Origin: Craspedostauros australis
Taxonomy: Eukaryota
Direction: 5' to 3'
NCBI GenBank assembly: GCA_030167865.1
Contig: JALAGF010001455.1
Coordinates: 1-64,000 of the forward strand
DNA: 64,000 bases
Position 1 is the stretch's first letter. Each line of letters begins with the position of its first letter. Positions 37,151-49,200 of the stretch are shown in pieces. The translations under genes were made by a program, and so were the position numbers. Under the pieces are notes generated by a model. That model saw nothing but the letters and a program-made list of their open reading frames with translations. It was not told the DNA's origin and did not search any database.

Positions 37151-37430
37151 GGTGAGTTTTGGGAGGTGACGAGACGTGAATCCAACAAGTCGAGACGTCC
37201 GAAAACTCAGTTGGCCTGAGCGTGTGGCTCTCTGTGGTGGTTGGCGATTGTTGTCGTCTGTTGACAAATGCGGACAGAGACCAGCTCCGTTCGTGACGAG
37301 TGTGTCGAGCAGGAACAACAACCATTACAAAGGGTCAGGTGGGGGAGATCGCATCTCGTGAAGGAATTGATTGAACCAGTCCAGCGCCATCATTCTTGCA
37401 ACTGCTCGCACATTGCATTAGCAACCAAGA

Positions 37431-40400
37431 ATGTGGAACAGCATCCATCCCGACTCCGCAAGCGACGACGACGCATCGTACGCCTACGCCAGCGGTCACA
37501 GCCGCATGGCCGCCTTGCTCGAGGCCGCCCATGATCGCGATGGCATGGACGATGCCGTCGTCACGCAGCAGCCCAGAGGCAAACCGGAGGCCATTGCAGC
37601 GCGTTTGGCATCGGCGCGGCGCGTGCAGGAGAAGATGGAGGAGCTGGACAAGGAGGGCGGCGCGGCTGAGGCGGATGCGGACTTTGACGACGATGACGAC
37701 GGCAACGACGCGGTGGTGGCGGAAGTTGTCATGGACGACGAAGAGGATGAGGACGATCGCGCCTACAGAGCCGCCGAAGCGGAACGCAAGAGGAAGCAGC
37801 AGCTCAAAGCAAAGTCGAAGGCCAAGGCAAAGCCGAAAGCCAAAGCGACCAAGGCAAAGCCCAAGAAGGGCGCCTCCGCAAAGTCGCCCAAGAAGACGCC
37901 CGTCAAGGCTGCTGCATCCAAGGCGTCCGCCAAGGCAACCATAAAGGCGGCATCGACGAAGACGCCCAAGAAGACGCCAGCCAAGGCGGCCTCCAAAGCC
38001 ACAGCCAAGTCAGCGTCCAAGTCGGCATCGAAGTCGACATCCAAGGCAGCATCCAAGTCAACACCCAAGAAGACACCATCCAAAACTGCCTCCAAGACCC
38101 CGTCCAAGGCCACATCGAAGGCCAAGACACCCAAGAAGCCAACGAAACCAACGAAGCCTACGAAGCCGACGAAGGACTCCAAAGCAACTCCGACCAAACC
38201 AAAGGCATCGGCATCCAAAAAGGCAACGGCGGCGATGCTCACCGCTGCTGCAACTGCGGCCGCCGCATCCGCAACGCCCAAAAAGCGCAAGGCCCCGACA
38301 CCGAAGAAGAAGAATGATCCCAACATGCCATCGATGCGCGATCCGGTCAGGCCTATCACCGATGCGGAGTACGACAATCTGGAAGCCCTCATGATCCAAT
38401 TTTGCAAGGTGCCGCTGCTGGCGGAGTTCAGTCGGCCAGTTGCCCTTTTGCATCCGGAGGTGAGAACATGCCGTGTTTTCTTGTGTGCATTGTATCCGCC
38501 GACTTGCGACGATGATATCTGTCACGTATGTACACTGTAGATGTTGTATATATGCTGTATATATGTTACATACATGCTCTGTCAACGTACAATCTAACGA
38601 ATACCCTCCTTTCGTCCCATCTCTCCCTCTCTCTCTCTCTCTCTCTTCATACCGCGTGCTGTCACACCAATGCAACACGTTGCATCGCATCCAAAAACAG
38701 CTCATGGATTCCTACTCGAAGATCGTGAAGAATCCAATCGATCTGGGAAAGGTCTGCCGCACCATCCGCCGGCGGGACTACGATTCGTTAAGAGAGGTGC
38801 AGCTTGACATGTGGCGCATCTTCTCAAACTGCGTGCAGTTCCATTCCTACCCCACCAACCGCAGTGCCGTCCCATCCTTCCTCTCCATCGCCCTGCATCT
38901 GCGAGAGTACTTCAACGCGCTGTGGCAGGAGTTCATGCTGCCGTCCGATCCTCCCGCGGCCAACGACGAATACGCGGACATGAGCAAGCAGCAGCGTGCC
39001 AAGAGGGAAAAGGTCATCAAGAAGCAGATGCTCAAGCGCACCGAGGACCGTGGCAAGCGACTCACCGTCTCCGGTCTCACCATCATGACGGGCAAGTGCA
39101 TGGAACGTACGGCGAGGGGCATGCAGAACTTCGTCATGAGCGGTGGCTGCGTCGACGGGCTCGACACGGAGCCCATCTTCGGGGAGATGGCGGAGGATGA
39201 CGATCCGGAGCTGCAGCAAGTCGCGGACAACCTCCGCTCGCTGCTCGCCAAGCTAAACACGTTCGTGGAATCGCAGGATGAGTACGGTATCGACGAATTC
39301 GACAAGGACCTCAAGAAATGTTACACGGATGAGGTGCTGGAGAACAACTCCGCCTTGCGTTACCAAATCGCCAATCGGCTCAACCGCTTTCTGGGCAAGA
39401 TCATCGTGCCCATCCACGAGGCCAACTGCCGCGGTGTCACGCAGTCCAGCATCTGGGGATGCATGGCGGCGGCGGTATGGGCGCGCGAGAGCAGCAAGAA
39501 ACCGCTGTGGCCGGCCCTCGTCCTGGGAATCATGGCGCCGGAGGATCAGCGCGAAGACTGGCACCAGGCGCTGACGGATCGCAACGAGGCCAGACTTCCC
39601 GACAAGCTGCGGGTGCAGCTCACGGCGGGCAAACGCAAGGCGGAGCAATCCATCAAACGTCAGGCCGTAGGACAGATGGAACCGCAGAGCTTCTTCCTCG
39701 TCGAGTTCCTCGGCACGCACGAATTCATCTGGGTCAAGGAGAATGATATCATCGAGAACTTCGATCCCAACGACGATCCCAATCAGAATCATGCGCAGCC
39801 CGGCAGCAGCAAGAAGAAACGTCTCACAGGTCGCAATGCTCACATCCTCGGCACCAAGACCTACACGTCCGCGCTGGAGGAAGGCAAGTGGGCGATGGAG
39901 GAGTTCGAACTGCAGCTGCAGGATACGTGGGGCGATGGTGACGACGACGAGGAAGCGGAGGAGATGAACTACAGCTACAACATCCTGTGCCAATCCGACG
40001 AAGAGGCGGAGGAAGAGCAGAACAAGCTCGTGCGCGGCAGCAGGCCGAGTCTGCTCGACCTTGACGAATGCAACGAGCTGCTGGCCACGGAGGGCCTGCT
40101 GGACTTCAGCGCGTTGGCGCGCAAGAATGCGAAGAAGCGTGCGCAGGAAATGAAGAAGCAGCAGCAGGATGCCGTCAAGAAACAGAAGGCCGATAAGGTC
40201 AAGAAACAAAAGGCGGAGGTATCGAAGAAGAAGCAGGCGGCCAAGACGAAGGAGCGAGAGCTCAAGAAAGAGCAGCGCGACTTGGAACGCCGACGCAAGA
40301 AGCGATCGCGCGAACGCGACAAGGCGCTGAAAATGAACGTCAAGAAGGTGAAGGAAGAGGATGCCCTCAAAACGGCGACGGGTCGGCGCAACATGATCTG

Positions 40401-40875
40401 CGACAAGGGTGCCAGAGCAAAGGCCGTCGTCGAAGGCTACCTGCAACGCGCATCCACCGAGAAGTACAAGACGCTGGCGTTTGGTGGCGTGATGGGGATT
40501 TCCGCTGCAAACGTCGAGCCCAACGGACTGCTCGGAATGGCGCTCGCCTTTCGTGCTGCCGCAGGCGAACTCAACATGACCGACGATGGTGGCGAACAGC
40601 AACGGCAGCTGCGACCGTGGCTTACCATCGACGTCGACAGCAAGAAGACCGAAGGCGAACGCATCGAGGCATTGCAGAAACAGGTTGAATTGCTGAATAT
40701 CGCAATCGCCAGGACGAAAGCAAACACAGCGCGAAGGATTCAAATTGGGGACGACCTCGACAAGAGGAAATTCCATTTTGATGATAGAATAACGCGCAAT
40801 GACAACGCCGCCCGAGAGAATCCATTGAAGAAGAAAAAGAAGTCGCTTTCGGCATCAGAGAAGGCTTCTGCGTGA
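37431..40875 (+). CDS. Chromatin reader with Lys/Ala-rich tract, bromodomain and PWWP-like domain, 2 exons: 37431-38459, 38701-40875
   Basis: EFSRPVALLHPE|LMDSYSKIVKNPIDL..DMWRIFSNCVQFH is bromodomain-like. AVWARESSKKPLWPALV..FLVEFLGTHEFIWV is PWWP-like. Basic coiled-coil C-terminus. Intron 38460-38700 is GTGAG..CAG. Confidence 0.82.
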
Positions 40876-41006
40876 GGCACTTGGGTCGACAGAGTGAGTA
40901 GTTTTGGATGGCGGGCACAGTATTGCTGGCCTACCGTACTCTACCACGTCATAAATAGAGCACCATCATGGCGTCATCATCCTTGTTGCTATTCACATGT
41001 GCACTA

Positions 41007-42674
41007 TTACTCTAACTTTGGCACTGCAACGCCCAGCATCGTATCCCGCGTGATGATACGTCGCAGTTCATCATCGCTCCAACCTTCCGTTCCCTCCGGA
41101 CGCTCAGGAAGGACCAGGTACCGATGATCTGCGGTGGAGTCATGAACACGGATGCTCTTTGCGGATGGCAACTGCAGCCCAAATTCTGACAAGACGCTGC
41201 GCGGCTCACGCACCGCGCGGGAACGGTACTCTCTCGATTTGTACCACGCAGGCGCGATGCCCAGCAAACCGCTGGGGTAGCAGCTGCACAACGTGCAAAC
41301 GATGATGTTGTGCGTCGTGTCAGTGTTCGGTACCACAGTCAACACCGTCGGGGCGTTGGGATTCGAGGTTTCAATGTCCATCTCCCTGGCTGCGGATGGG
41401 GCATCCGCCAGCAGCCGGTCGCGAAAGCCAGGATCCGTCCATGCACGCAACACCAGCGAGGCGCCTAGCAAGTTCTTGCCGGCCGTGTCCAGCTTCTCAC
41501 ACATGACACGGATTTCGTCCGGCGAGATGATGTTTGCCTCCACAAGGATCTTCAGCAACGCTGCATGCAAGGCCTGACCTGGCCGAGGCGGACCTTCCTT
41601 GGCGACGGCGCGTCGCTCCACCGTCTGTCTGGGCTCGTGCGTGTGCGCGTCGTCGCCATGGCCGTGGCCGTGGCTGTGGTCATGACTGTGAATATGATTG
41701 TGGCCATCATCGTGGCTTCCCTCGGGAGGTTCGCAATCTCCTCCGGATGTGTGGTCAAACAACGTTGATAGGATGCTCTCATCTCCATTGGTGCTGTCGT
41801 AGGCATGCCCCTCTGATTTGTCGGATGCCTCCAGCCAGTGCTCGTACACCTCAGCTTCCACCACGTCAGAGTTGGACGAGGAGGAGGAGGTGGACTCGCC
41901 GGTGTGCTGCTCAGGCCAGATGTCCTGAAAGCGGAAACGTACGCGGTACAGTTGCGCGGGTGGGGCCTCCATGCCGAATGCTAAAAAAGAAGGATCCGCG
42001 AATCGATCGCAGATGCGTTCGATTTCACCGTGCACACCGTAGATGTATCCCGGAGTTCGAACGTGCGGACGGCGCCATTCCACCTTGTTGGACAGGTATG
42101 GTTTGACCCGCACCGGCTGTCCCACCGTGAACTTGGGCGTTGCATCTGTGGACTGCGATGCATCCGAATCATCGCCGATCAGCGTACTCATGAGGACACT
42201 TTTGCCGATGACGCCCTTGTCCAGCAGCAAGGACGTCATGGCGGCGCTCCATCTCTCGTAATACGACCAATCCTCGTACTGCGCTGGCGTCAACGCCTCT
42301 ACGGATCGACGAAGTTCGTCTGTGGAGACGATGCCCTTGATGGCAAGGACGGCGAACATTGCGTGGCATTGCTGTTCCCAGGCAAGCAGATCCTCGTTCG
42401 CTTTTGCACCAGGTACTGGTCCGAACACGCTTTGCGATCCACCAACGTCATGCGGGAAACCAGCATCGAACGATGATGACGCCCATCTCTTCGTGTTGGA
42501 GCGGAAGGCACGGTGCGGATCCGTCGATGGAACAGCAATAGGAGGAGTGGTGATGCTGCGGTGCTCAAAGTTGCCAATGGGACGAAGCGTGGATGCTGCA
42601 CCAATCCAAGCAGAACACTTCCTCCAAGCCGCCGCGCCGCGGTGTGCGCGCAATGTCATTCGTCGGGCAATCAT
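41007..42674 (-). CDS. Nitrile hydratase, fused beta-alpha subunits, cobalt-type (start 42674 or 42782)
   Basis: Beta motifs PHDVGG, AWE, DELRRSVE, SYYERW, HVRTPGYIYG and YEHWLE, then a His-rich linker, then alpha motifs RAWTDPGF, VCTLCSCYP, WYKSREYRSRAVREPR, VHDSTADHRYLVLPERPEGTEGW and TRDTMLGV. Confidence 0.95.
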   Translation of the reverse strand: MIARRMTLRAHRGAAAWRKCSAWIGAASTLRPIGNFEHRSITTPPIAVPSTDPHRAFRSNTKRWASSSFDAGFPHDVGGSQSVFGPVPGAKANEDLLAWEQQCHAMFAVLAIKGIVSTDELRRSVEALTPAQYEDWSYYERWSAAMTSLLLDKGVIGKSVLMSTLIGDDSDASQSTDATPKFTVGQPVRVKPYLSNKVEWRRPHVRTPGYIYGVHGEIERICDRFADPSFLAFGMEAPPAQLYRVRFRFQDIWPEQHTGESTSSSSSNSDVVEAEVYEHWLEASDKSEGHAYDSTNGDESILSTLFDHTSGGDCEPPEGSHDDGHNHIHSHDHSHGHGHGDDAHTHEPRQTVERRAVAKEGPPRPGQALHAALLKILVEANIISPDEIRVMCEKLDTAGKNLLGASLVLRAWTDPGFRDRLLADAPSAAREMDIETSNPNAPTVLTVVPNTDTTHNIIVCTLCSCYPSGLLGIAPAWYKSREYRSRAVREPRSVLSEFGLQLPSAKSIRVHDSTADHRYLVLPERPEGTEGWSDDELRRIITRDTMLGVAVPKLE

Positions 42675-43244
42675 CGTCGATCGTTGATGTGATGTGATGT
42701 GGGATGCAATGCTCCGTTGGGCTCTGGGATGTTGTGAGATTGCATTGCCTGGATTGAGTTGTGAAGGGTCAGCACCTCCCAACCTGCTACCAAATGCAAG
42801 ATACGACCTGCGAGAACATCAACGTCGTCGCGGGCTCCCCAAGAACGCAGTTCGCGCACGAGGAATCGCAAAGGTTGCGGTCTTGGTTGACCGGACTGAC
42901 AGATACGTCGAAACACGAATTCGAAAGTGTTTCAATATTGATACTCTCAACGGACATGTGGGTTCGTGAATGGTTTGTGAGCGGCGAGAGTGGAGCGAAA
43001 ACGAACAAGACGACTGAACCCCACATCAAACGAATCACCGTGGCTGATCGTGGCCAGACATGTTGGACGGTGTTTCAGCACATCCGACCCACCATCACGC
43101 GGCATTGCCACATTGGACGTACTACTATGGCCATTATCGCACATTTGATCACAGAGTAGCAACATCGATAGAGCAGAAAGAAGAACGACGCCAATCCATT
43201 GCATGCAACTGGATTGCTGCAGGTCGCATACTAGTTGAAGCAAG

Positions 43245-44474
43245 ATGAGGGTGGAAAAGAAGAGCATCAGCGCGAAGGACGGCAGCGGATACATCCGGCT
43301 GTGTCCCACGACGTCGGAAGATCTGTGGCACGCGTACAACCTGCTGCAGCTGGGCGACTTCGTGACGACGACGACGATCCGCAAGGTCGTGAAGACCTCC
43401 ACGACAGGATCGACGACGTCGGCGAAGAAGCGCATGAACCTGAAGGTCGAACTCAAGAAGGTGGACTTCGACACTGACGTGCTGCAGGTGCGACTCAGCG
43501 GTCCCAACCAGCTGGAGCGCGAAGACGTGCGCATCGGGGCCTACCACACGCTCACGCTGGAGATCAACCAATCCTTCAGCATCGAGAAGGCGTGCTGGGA
43601 TCAGATCTACCTCGACATCATCGCCGATGCCACCAATCCCGAGCGCAATGCCGAGATCGCCGCCGTCACCATGCACACGGGACTGTGCCACGTCTGCCTC
43701 GTCACGGGGGCGCTCACCATCACGAAGGCCCGCATCGAGGTCAACATTCCCAAGAAGCGGACGGGGTCGTCGCAGAATGCCAAGGCGGTCAAGAAGTTCT
43801 ACGAGGCCATATACCAGGCGTTGCTGCGGCACATCGACTTCAACAAGGTCAAGGTCGTGCTGCTGGCGTCGCCGGGCTACGTCAAGGACGATCTCTTCAA
43901 GTACGTGCAGGAGGAGGCCGTGCGTCGCGAGGACCGTCCGTTCATCGAGAACAAGTCCAAGTTCGTCCTGTGCAAGGCTTCGTCCGGTCACAAGCACGCG
44001 CTGGAGGAGGTGTTTTCCGATGATTCCATCATGTCGAAGATGACAGACACGAAGGTGGCCAGGGAAGTGCAGGTGCTCAACAAATTCATGCGCATGATGG
44101 ACACGGATCCTGACAGGGCCTACTACGGTTACGATCACGTCGCCAAGGCGCATGAAGAGCTGGCCATCGATTCGTTGCTCGTGACGGATCAACTGTTTCG
44201 CAGCTCGGACGTTAAGCTGCGGAGGAAGTATGTGGATTTGGTGGAGTCGGTGCGTGAAAATGGAGGCAAGACCTTCGTCTTCAGTTCCATGCACGTGTCG
44301 GGACAGCAGCTGCAGCAGGTGTCGGGTGTTGCCGCCATCCTTAGATATCCGCTGCCCGATCTGGATGAGCTGGAGGAACTCGCTAATCAAGCGCCCGAGG
44401 AAGCGGTGGAGTCAGACGATGAGTACGATCCGTTGCAGCGAGTCAATGATGACATAGCGGACATGAATTTATAA
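43245..44474 (+). CDS. PELO: Pelota/Dom34 ribosome rescue factor
   Basis: EDLWHAYNLL, GAYHTLTLE, LASPGYVKD, SSGHKHAL, RAYYG and SSMHVSGQQLQQVSGVAAILRYP. Confidence 0.96.
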   Translation: MRVEKKSISAKDGSGYIRLCPTTSEDLWHAYNLLQLGDFVTTTTIRKVVKTSTTGSTTSAKKRMNLKVELKKVDFDTDVLQVRLSGPNQLEREDVRIGAYHTLTLEINQSFSIEKACWDQIYLDIIADATNPERNAEIAAVTMHTGLCHVCLVTGALTITKARIEVNIPKKRTGSSQNAKAVKKFYEAIYQALLRHIDFNKVKVVLLASPGYVKDDLFKYVQEEAVRREDRPFIENKSKFVLCKASSGHKHALEEVFSDDSIMSKMTDTKVAREVQVLNKFMRMMDTDPDRAYYGYDHVAKAHEELAIDSLLVTDQLFRSSDVKLRRKYVDLVESVRENGGKTFVFSSMHVSGQQLQQVSGVAAILRYPLPDLDELEELANQAPEEAVESDDEYDPLQRVNDDIADMNL

Positions 44475-44558
44475 TACAGCACAGCGCTTTGCTGCTGCAC
44501 TCCATTGCGTTTCGCTGTGCTGCTCTTTGCTGGAGCGTATTGCAGTATGCGATGCATC

Positions 44559-45557
44559 TTACTTGGTGTTCCACGCCGCGTCATCTTGCAACATCTTGGC
44601 CAACGCCGATTTCAAATCATCCAGCGTCCCATCGTTGTCAATCACGCCCGTCACCACACCGTTCCGCACTTCGTCTTCCAAATTCCCAATCCCCCTCCTC
44701 GACTCTTGCGCGGCAATGCGCTTCAAGGCTTCCTCCTGCGACAATCCGCGCGTGTCTTGCAACCGCTGCAAGGCCGTGTCCTGCGATGTGCGGATCACCC
44801 AGACACCATCCACCACATCCTCCCAGTCGGCATCCAACAGCACGGCCGCTTCCAAAATGACGATGCCCCGTTGCTTGGCTTGCAGTTCTTGAATTTGCGA
44901 TTGGATTTTGAGCTTGATTTGTGGCCAGACCAGTCGTTCCAATTTCTGTGAATCGTGCGGTTAGTTGAGTTTGTGTGGCATCCATAAATGCACTCACGAC
45001 AAGTTATGCGTGCCGACACGTACCTTCATTTGATCGGGATCCGAAAAGACGATGGCACCCAACTTCGGACGATTGACTTCCTGCGGATCATTTTGCAGCA
45101 CGTCCTGGCCAAATTCTTCTCCGATCAATCGTACTGTCTCGCTGCCCGGGCTGTAGACGGAATGTCCGATGGAATCGGCGTCTGTATTGTGGAAGAGTGT
45201 GAGAGGTTGTTGTCGTCATTGAGTAAATTGCTGCACGACGAGAACATCGGCGTTTGTCGACGTACCTAAATGAGCCAGACAATTGAATTCCGACACGAGC
45301 AGTTTGCATGCCGTGCTCTTGCCCGAACCAATGCCCCCGCAGACTCCCAACACCCTGAAGGGTTTGGCGTTGGTACCCCTGGATGACGCTGACATGGTGT
45401 CCCGCAATGCCGTCGTCGATAATGAATGTTGCAGCGGCAATGTGGAAGTTGTTCGATGGATTGCGAAAGATGCGGAAGATGCTGGGAAGGCAAGGAGGCA
45501 GAAGAACGGAACGATGGTCTTGCGGCAGCGAGCGTACGCCATCGATGGTCGGAGCAT
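44559..45557 (-). CDS. Dephospho-CoA kinase, 3 exons: 45557 (or 45395)-45266, 45181-45024, 44945-44559
   Basis: VLGVCGGIGSGKST P-loop, |DADSIGHSVY..FG..VNRPKLGAIVFSDP..|KLERLVWP, ILEAAVLLDA, RL..RGLS.EEA..RI.AQ and VIDNDG. Introns 45182-45265 and 44946-45023 are GT..AG and in phase. Confidence 0.9.
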
Positions 45558-46231
45558 GCTTTCGTTCGTCGAGCGCGTCGTTTGCTTTCTCTGGAGGGAT
45601 TGAACACGTTTGAGGGAGAGGAAAGTGATGGCCCATTACGACTATTGGTAGAGTGGGAGCACAGGAGGTTCAAACAGGTGATGGATGTCCGATGGATTGA
45701 TCGATTCAGCAATCATAACCACCGCATCGTTGAAGTGATGTTGATGTCGGAGTGATCGTGACGTGATGTGACGTCAATCACGATTTGGCGGGAGTGGATT
45801 GACACCAAGAAACCTCCACAACGCAAAAAAGATTGCCACACAACACACCTCCCATCCAATCCACAGATGCCATCAGAAGGCTTCCGCAAAGGCCGCCGAA
45901 GTTCTCTTGTGTGGATGCTGTTGATGGATCTGCGGCTGACAGCGTCGTCGAGGTTTCTTCGGTCGGAAGGACCCTGCTCCGCAGACGTCAATCCACTCCC
46001 ATTGCGCTGACTCCTCTTGCAGCTGACTACTAGTACACGACCACCACATGCCACCACTCCACCAACAGTGGAAAGGAAAGATCGTGACACAAGTGGCCGC
46101 TGGTGCAATCGGATAGGCGAGAAGTGGCAACCGGAGAAGAATCAGGGATCAGAGGCAGGAGCAATAGAAGCAACGACGGGATCGGAAGCAGAAGAAGAAC
46201 AAATCAGCGTCGTTATTATTGATCGATCATC

Positions 46232-49200
46232 ATGCCGGGAAGGATACGGTGGATTTCGCGACAGCACCAATGCGTGGGGGTCTTACTCGTTGCGCTCTGC
46301 TTCGGTCGGTACGACTACCATTGCAATGCTCTATCAACGGCTTCGATCAATTACATACCGACAATGTCAGCCACAACATTGCCAACGACGAGATCGGCAT
46401 CATCGGCCAGCAAACGAGGTTGGAGCAGCAAACCCAGAATCCGACAACGGTTGTCCAAGACGTATCGCGATGCAACGCCGACGGCATTGCGCATGGTGCT
46501 CACGACGCCGGAATCCATCATCGAAAAGGCATCGACGCAGAATCTCTTGGACGATCTCATCGATGAAAGCGTGCGGACGAGCGCAAGGAGGCCCATCATC
46601 ATGCAGTTCGATCCATCCAGTGGTTGGGTGAGTCTCCCATTTCAGCTTCTTTTTGGGTGCATACAAGTACCTTTGCTCGTTCATGAAGCCATGCTTTCAT
46701 TCATCTGTTCATTCCAGCACTATTGCATGATGCGTGCGCAATACTGCCTCCTGCAATGCCATTCTTCTTCTCACCCTTCGATCCCTCGTGTGATAATCAT
46801 ATCCCAATTGGATTTGGCTGGACAAGCACTTTCCCATTCCATCCGCGGTACGCCACTCCATCACACCGTGTCGCAACATATGACAGATCTGGCGACGATG
46901 GAAGGGAACGGTATTTTCCGAGACCTGGACCACATGCATCCGGAACATGGTGTACGCGCTGATTGTCCTGTGCATGTACAGATTGGTTCCAAACCCCGAT
47001 CAATTCCTCTCGGGCCTTGGCACTTTGTGGGGACAGCTGCTCTCTGTCACCACCTTCACCTTGACCTTCTTCGTCAACCAATCCTACGCGCTGTGGCGCA
47101 AATGCACGGAACTCAGCCGACGGTTGCAGGGACGCTTGCACGACATCGGTCTCAACTGCGCCACGCACGCCGCACGCAAGACGCCCACGAGCCCCAACGA
47201 ACCGACGGGATACACGGCGGCGAGCCGGCAGATCCTAGAGCTCATGGGACGCTACATCCGTCTCTTCAACTTGCTGACCTACGCCTCCTTCACGCGATCG
47301 CACCGCCCCATCCTCACGCCGCGGGGTATGCGACGTCTCGTGGAACGTGGACTCATGACGCCGCAAGAACGCGAGACGCTCGTGCAAGCTGCCATTCCCG
47401 GCACGCAGCGGCACAGCGCCATCCTCATGTGGATGATGCGCCTCTTCATCGAGGCCCGCGCCTCGGGGCATATCGGCGGCGGCAGCGGATTCGAACAGCA
47501 GACGCTGGAAAAATTCCACGTCATTCGTGCGCAGTACGGTGCCATCGGGGACGAATTGACCGGCCGCATGCCCTTGGCGTACACGCATATCGTGCAGGTG
47601 TTGGTGGATCTCATCCTCTGGATGTATCCAATCATGGCTACGCATACTGGCATGTCACCCTATCTCGTCGTGATCGGAACCGGCCTTCTCACCATCTCGT
47701 ACCAGGGATTGTTCGATCTGGCGAAGCAATTCCTGGATCCATACGACAATGAGACTTACGGAAAGGGCGAGGATCCGCTCTCTGTCGACACGCTCATCGC
47801 AGAATCTAACGCCGGATCCATACGATGGATGAACGCCTTCGAGCAGATACCGTACTCGTCACAGAGAGTGAAGGATGGCGAGCTCTACGAGTACTTGCTG
47901 CCGCAGCGCGGTTACTCGGTCGAGGAATTGAACCAGATAGAGGAAGACCGCAAGAAGAAGGAACTCGAGCTAGAGCAGCAGAAACAGCGTGAAGAAGAGC
48001 TGCGTCAACAGCAAGAGCTGGAAGAACAGGAAAAGGCCGCCAAAGAACAAGCGGAGGCAGACGCATTGATGATGGATGATGCTGACGACAATATTGATGG
48101 CGACCATGATCCCAATGCAATTTTGGAAGAACCAGAGGTCGCAATGCTCACCACGAGTACCAACGACACGGCGATCGCCGCCGAAGGAAAGCTGGTCAAT
48201 ACCACGGCGGCCGCCACGGTAAAGACTGTGTCACAGGTCGACGCGAATGGCACGAAGGTTGTTACGACGCAAAATGATACCGCCAGTGCCACCGAGGAGG
48301 GTGCGTTGGTGAATGATGCGAATGCCACTGCAGCCATACCCGAAGACACAGCAGAGTCTTCCGCGACGAGCGATGAAAGGCCTGTTCATAAAGTCACAAC
48401 GGTTGCAGGTGGCATCCCTGTAACGTTGGATCCTCCAACGGCGAATGAAGACGTGGAGCTGAGCAACAGGACTGAAACTGTCGTTGAGGATCAAAGAGCA
48501 GCCGAAGAAGCGAACGTAACGACTACTGAAGCCGAACAGACACAGAAACAACGGAAGAAAAAGAAAAAGCTCAGCAAGAAGGACGCTGAAACAGTCAAGG
48601 AGTCTCAGCAACAACAAGAGCAACAGCGGAAGCAACAACAACAACAACAACAACAACAACAAGTCACTGCGAGGCCTGTGATAACGTCAGTGTCGTCTAT
48701 TGAAGAGGATAATGATGAAGATCTGTTCATGCGATTCGAGCCTGAAATGGATGAACGCACTGAGAAGGAGGTGCAAGAAATGGCAGCAGCCGCAGTTGCA
48801 ATAGCGGAAGCCGCCACTGCCGCAGCAAAGGCAGGCAAGACGCAATCCCCGACAGAGGCCGGCGGTACACCAACCGATAACAGAAAACTGCTGAGCCGTT
48901 CCAGGGAACCGAACATCGCCGTTGAAGAACCGATGTTCGAGGAAGATCTGCCGGACATCTTCGACACAAGCCCGTACGATGGCTTGCCATGGTACGATGA
49001 GGTGGGCCCTGACGGCAAAGAGGTACGGCTGAGCGAGGTTTTGGCGAATGAGGAATGGGAGGAGGAAAAGCGCACGGAGTCCATCGCCATGACGTATGAT
49101 GAATTCAACAAGCAGATGGCAGAGCTCGAAGAAGAGGCGCGCAAGGAATTGATGGAAACCGCAGAGATATTGAATGCCGCGCCAGGCCAAGAGGATTCCC

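Noticed and set aside
18306-42782. Ni (LarC-like), Se (GPx) and Co (NHase) genes as a trace-metal cluster
   Set aside because: They are spread over 24 kb among unrelated housekeeping genes, with no shared pathway or shared motif seen.
35426-44390. Long antisense ORFs 35426-36970, 39253-40776 and 43149-44390
   Set aside because: Each lies opposite a clearly identified gene (RING-CH E3, bromo/PWWP protein, Pelota) and has no protein-family signal.
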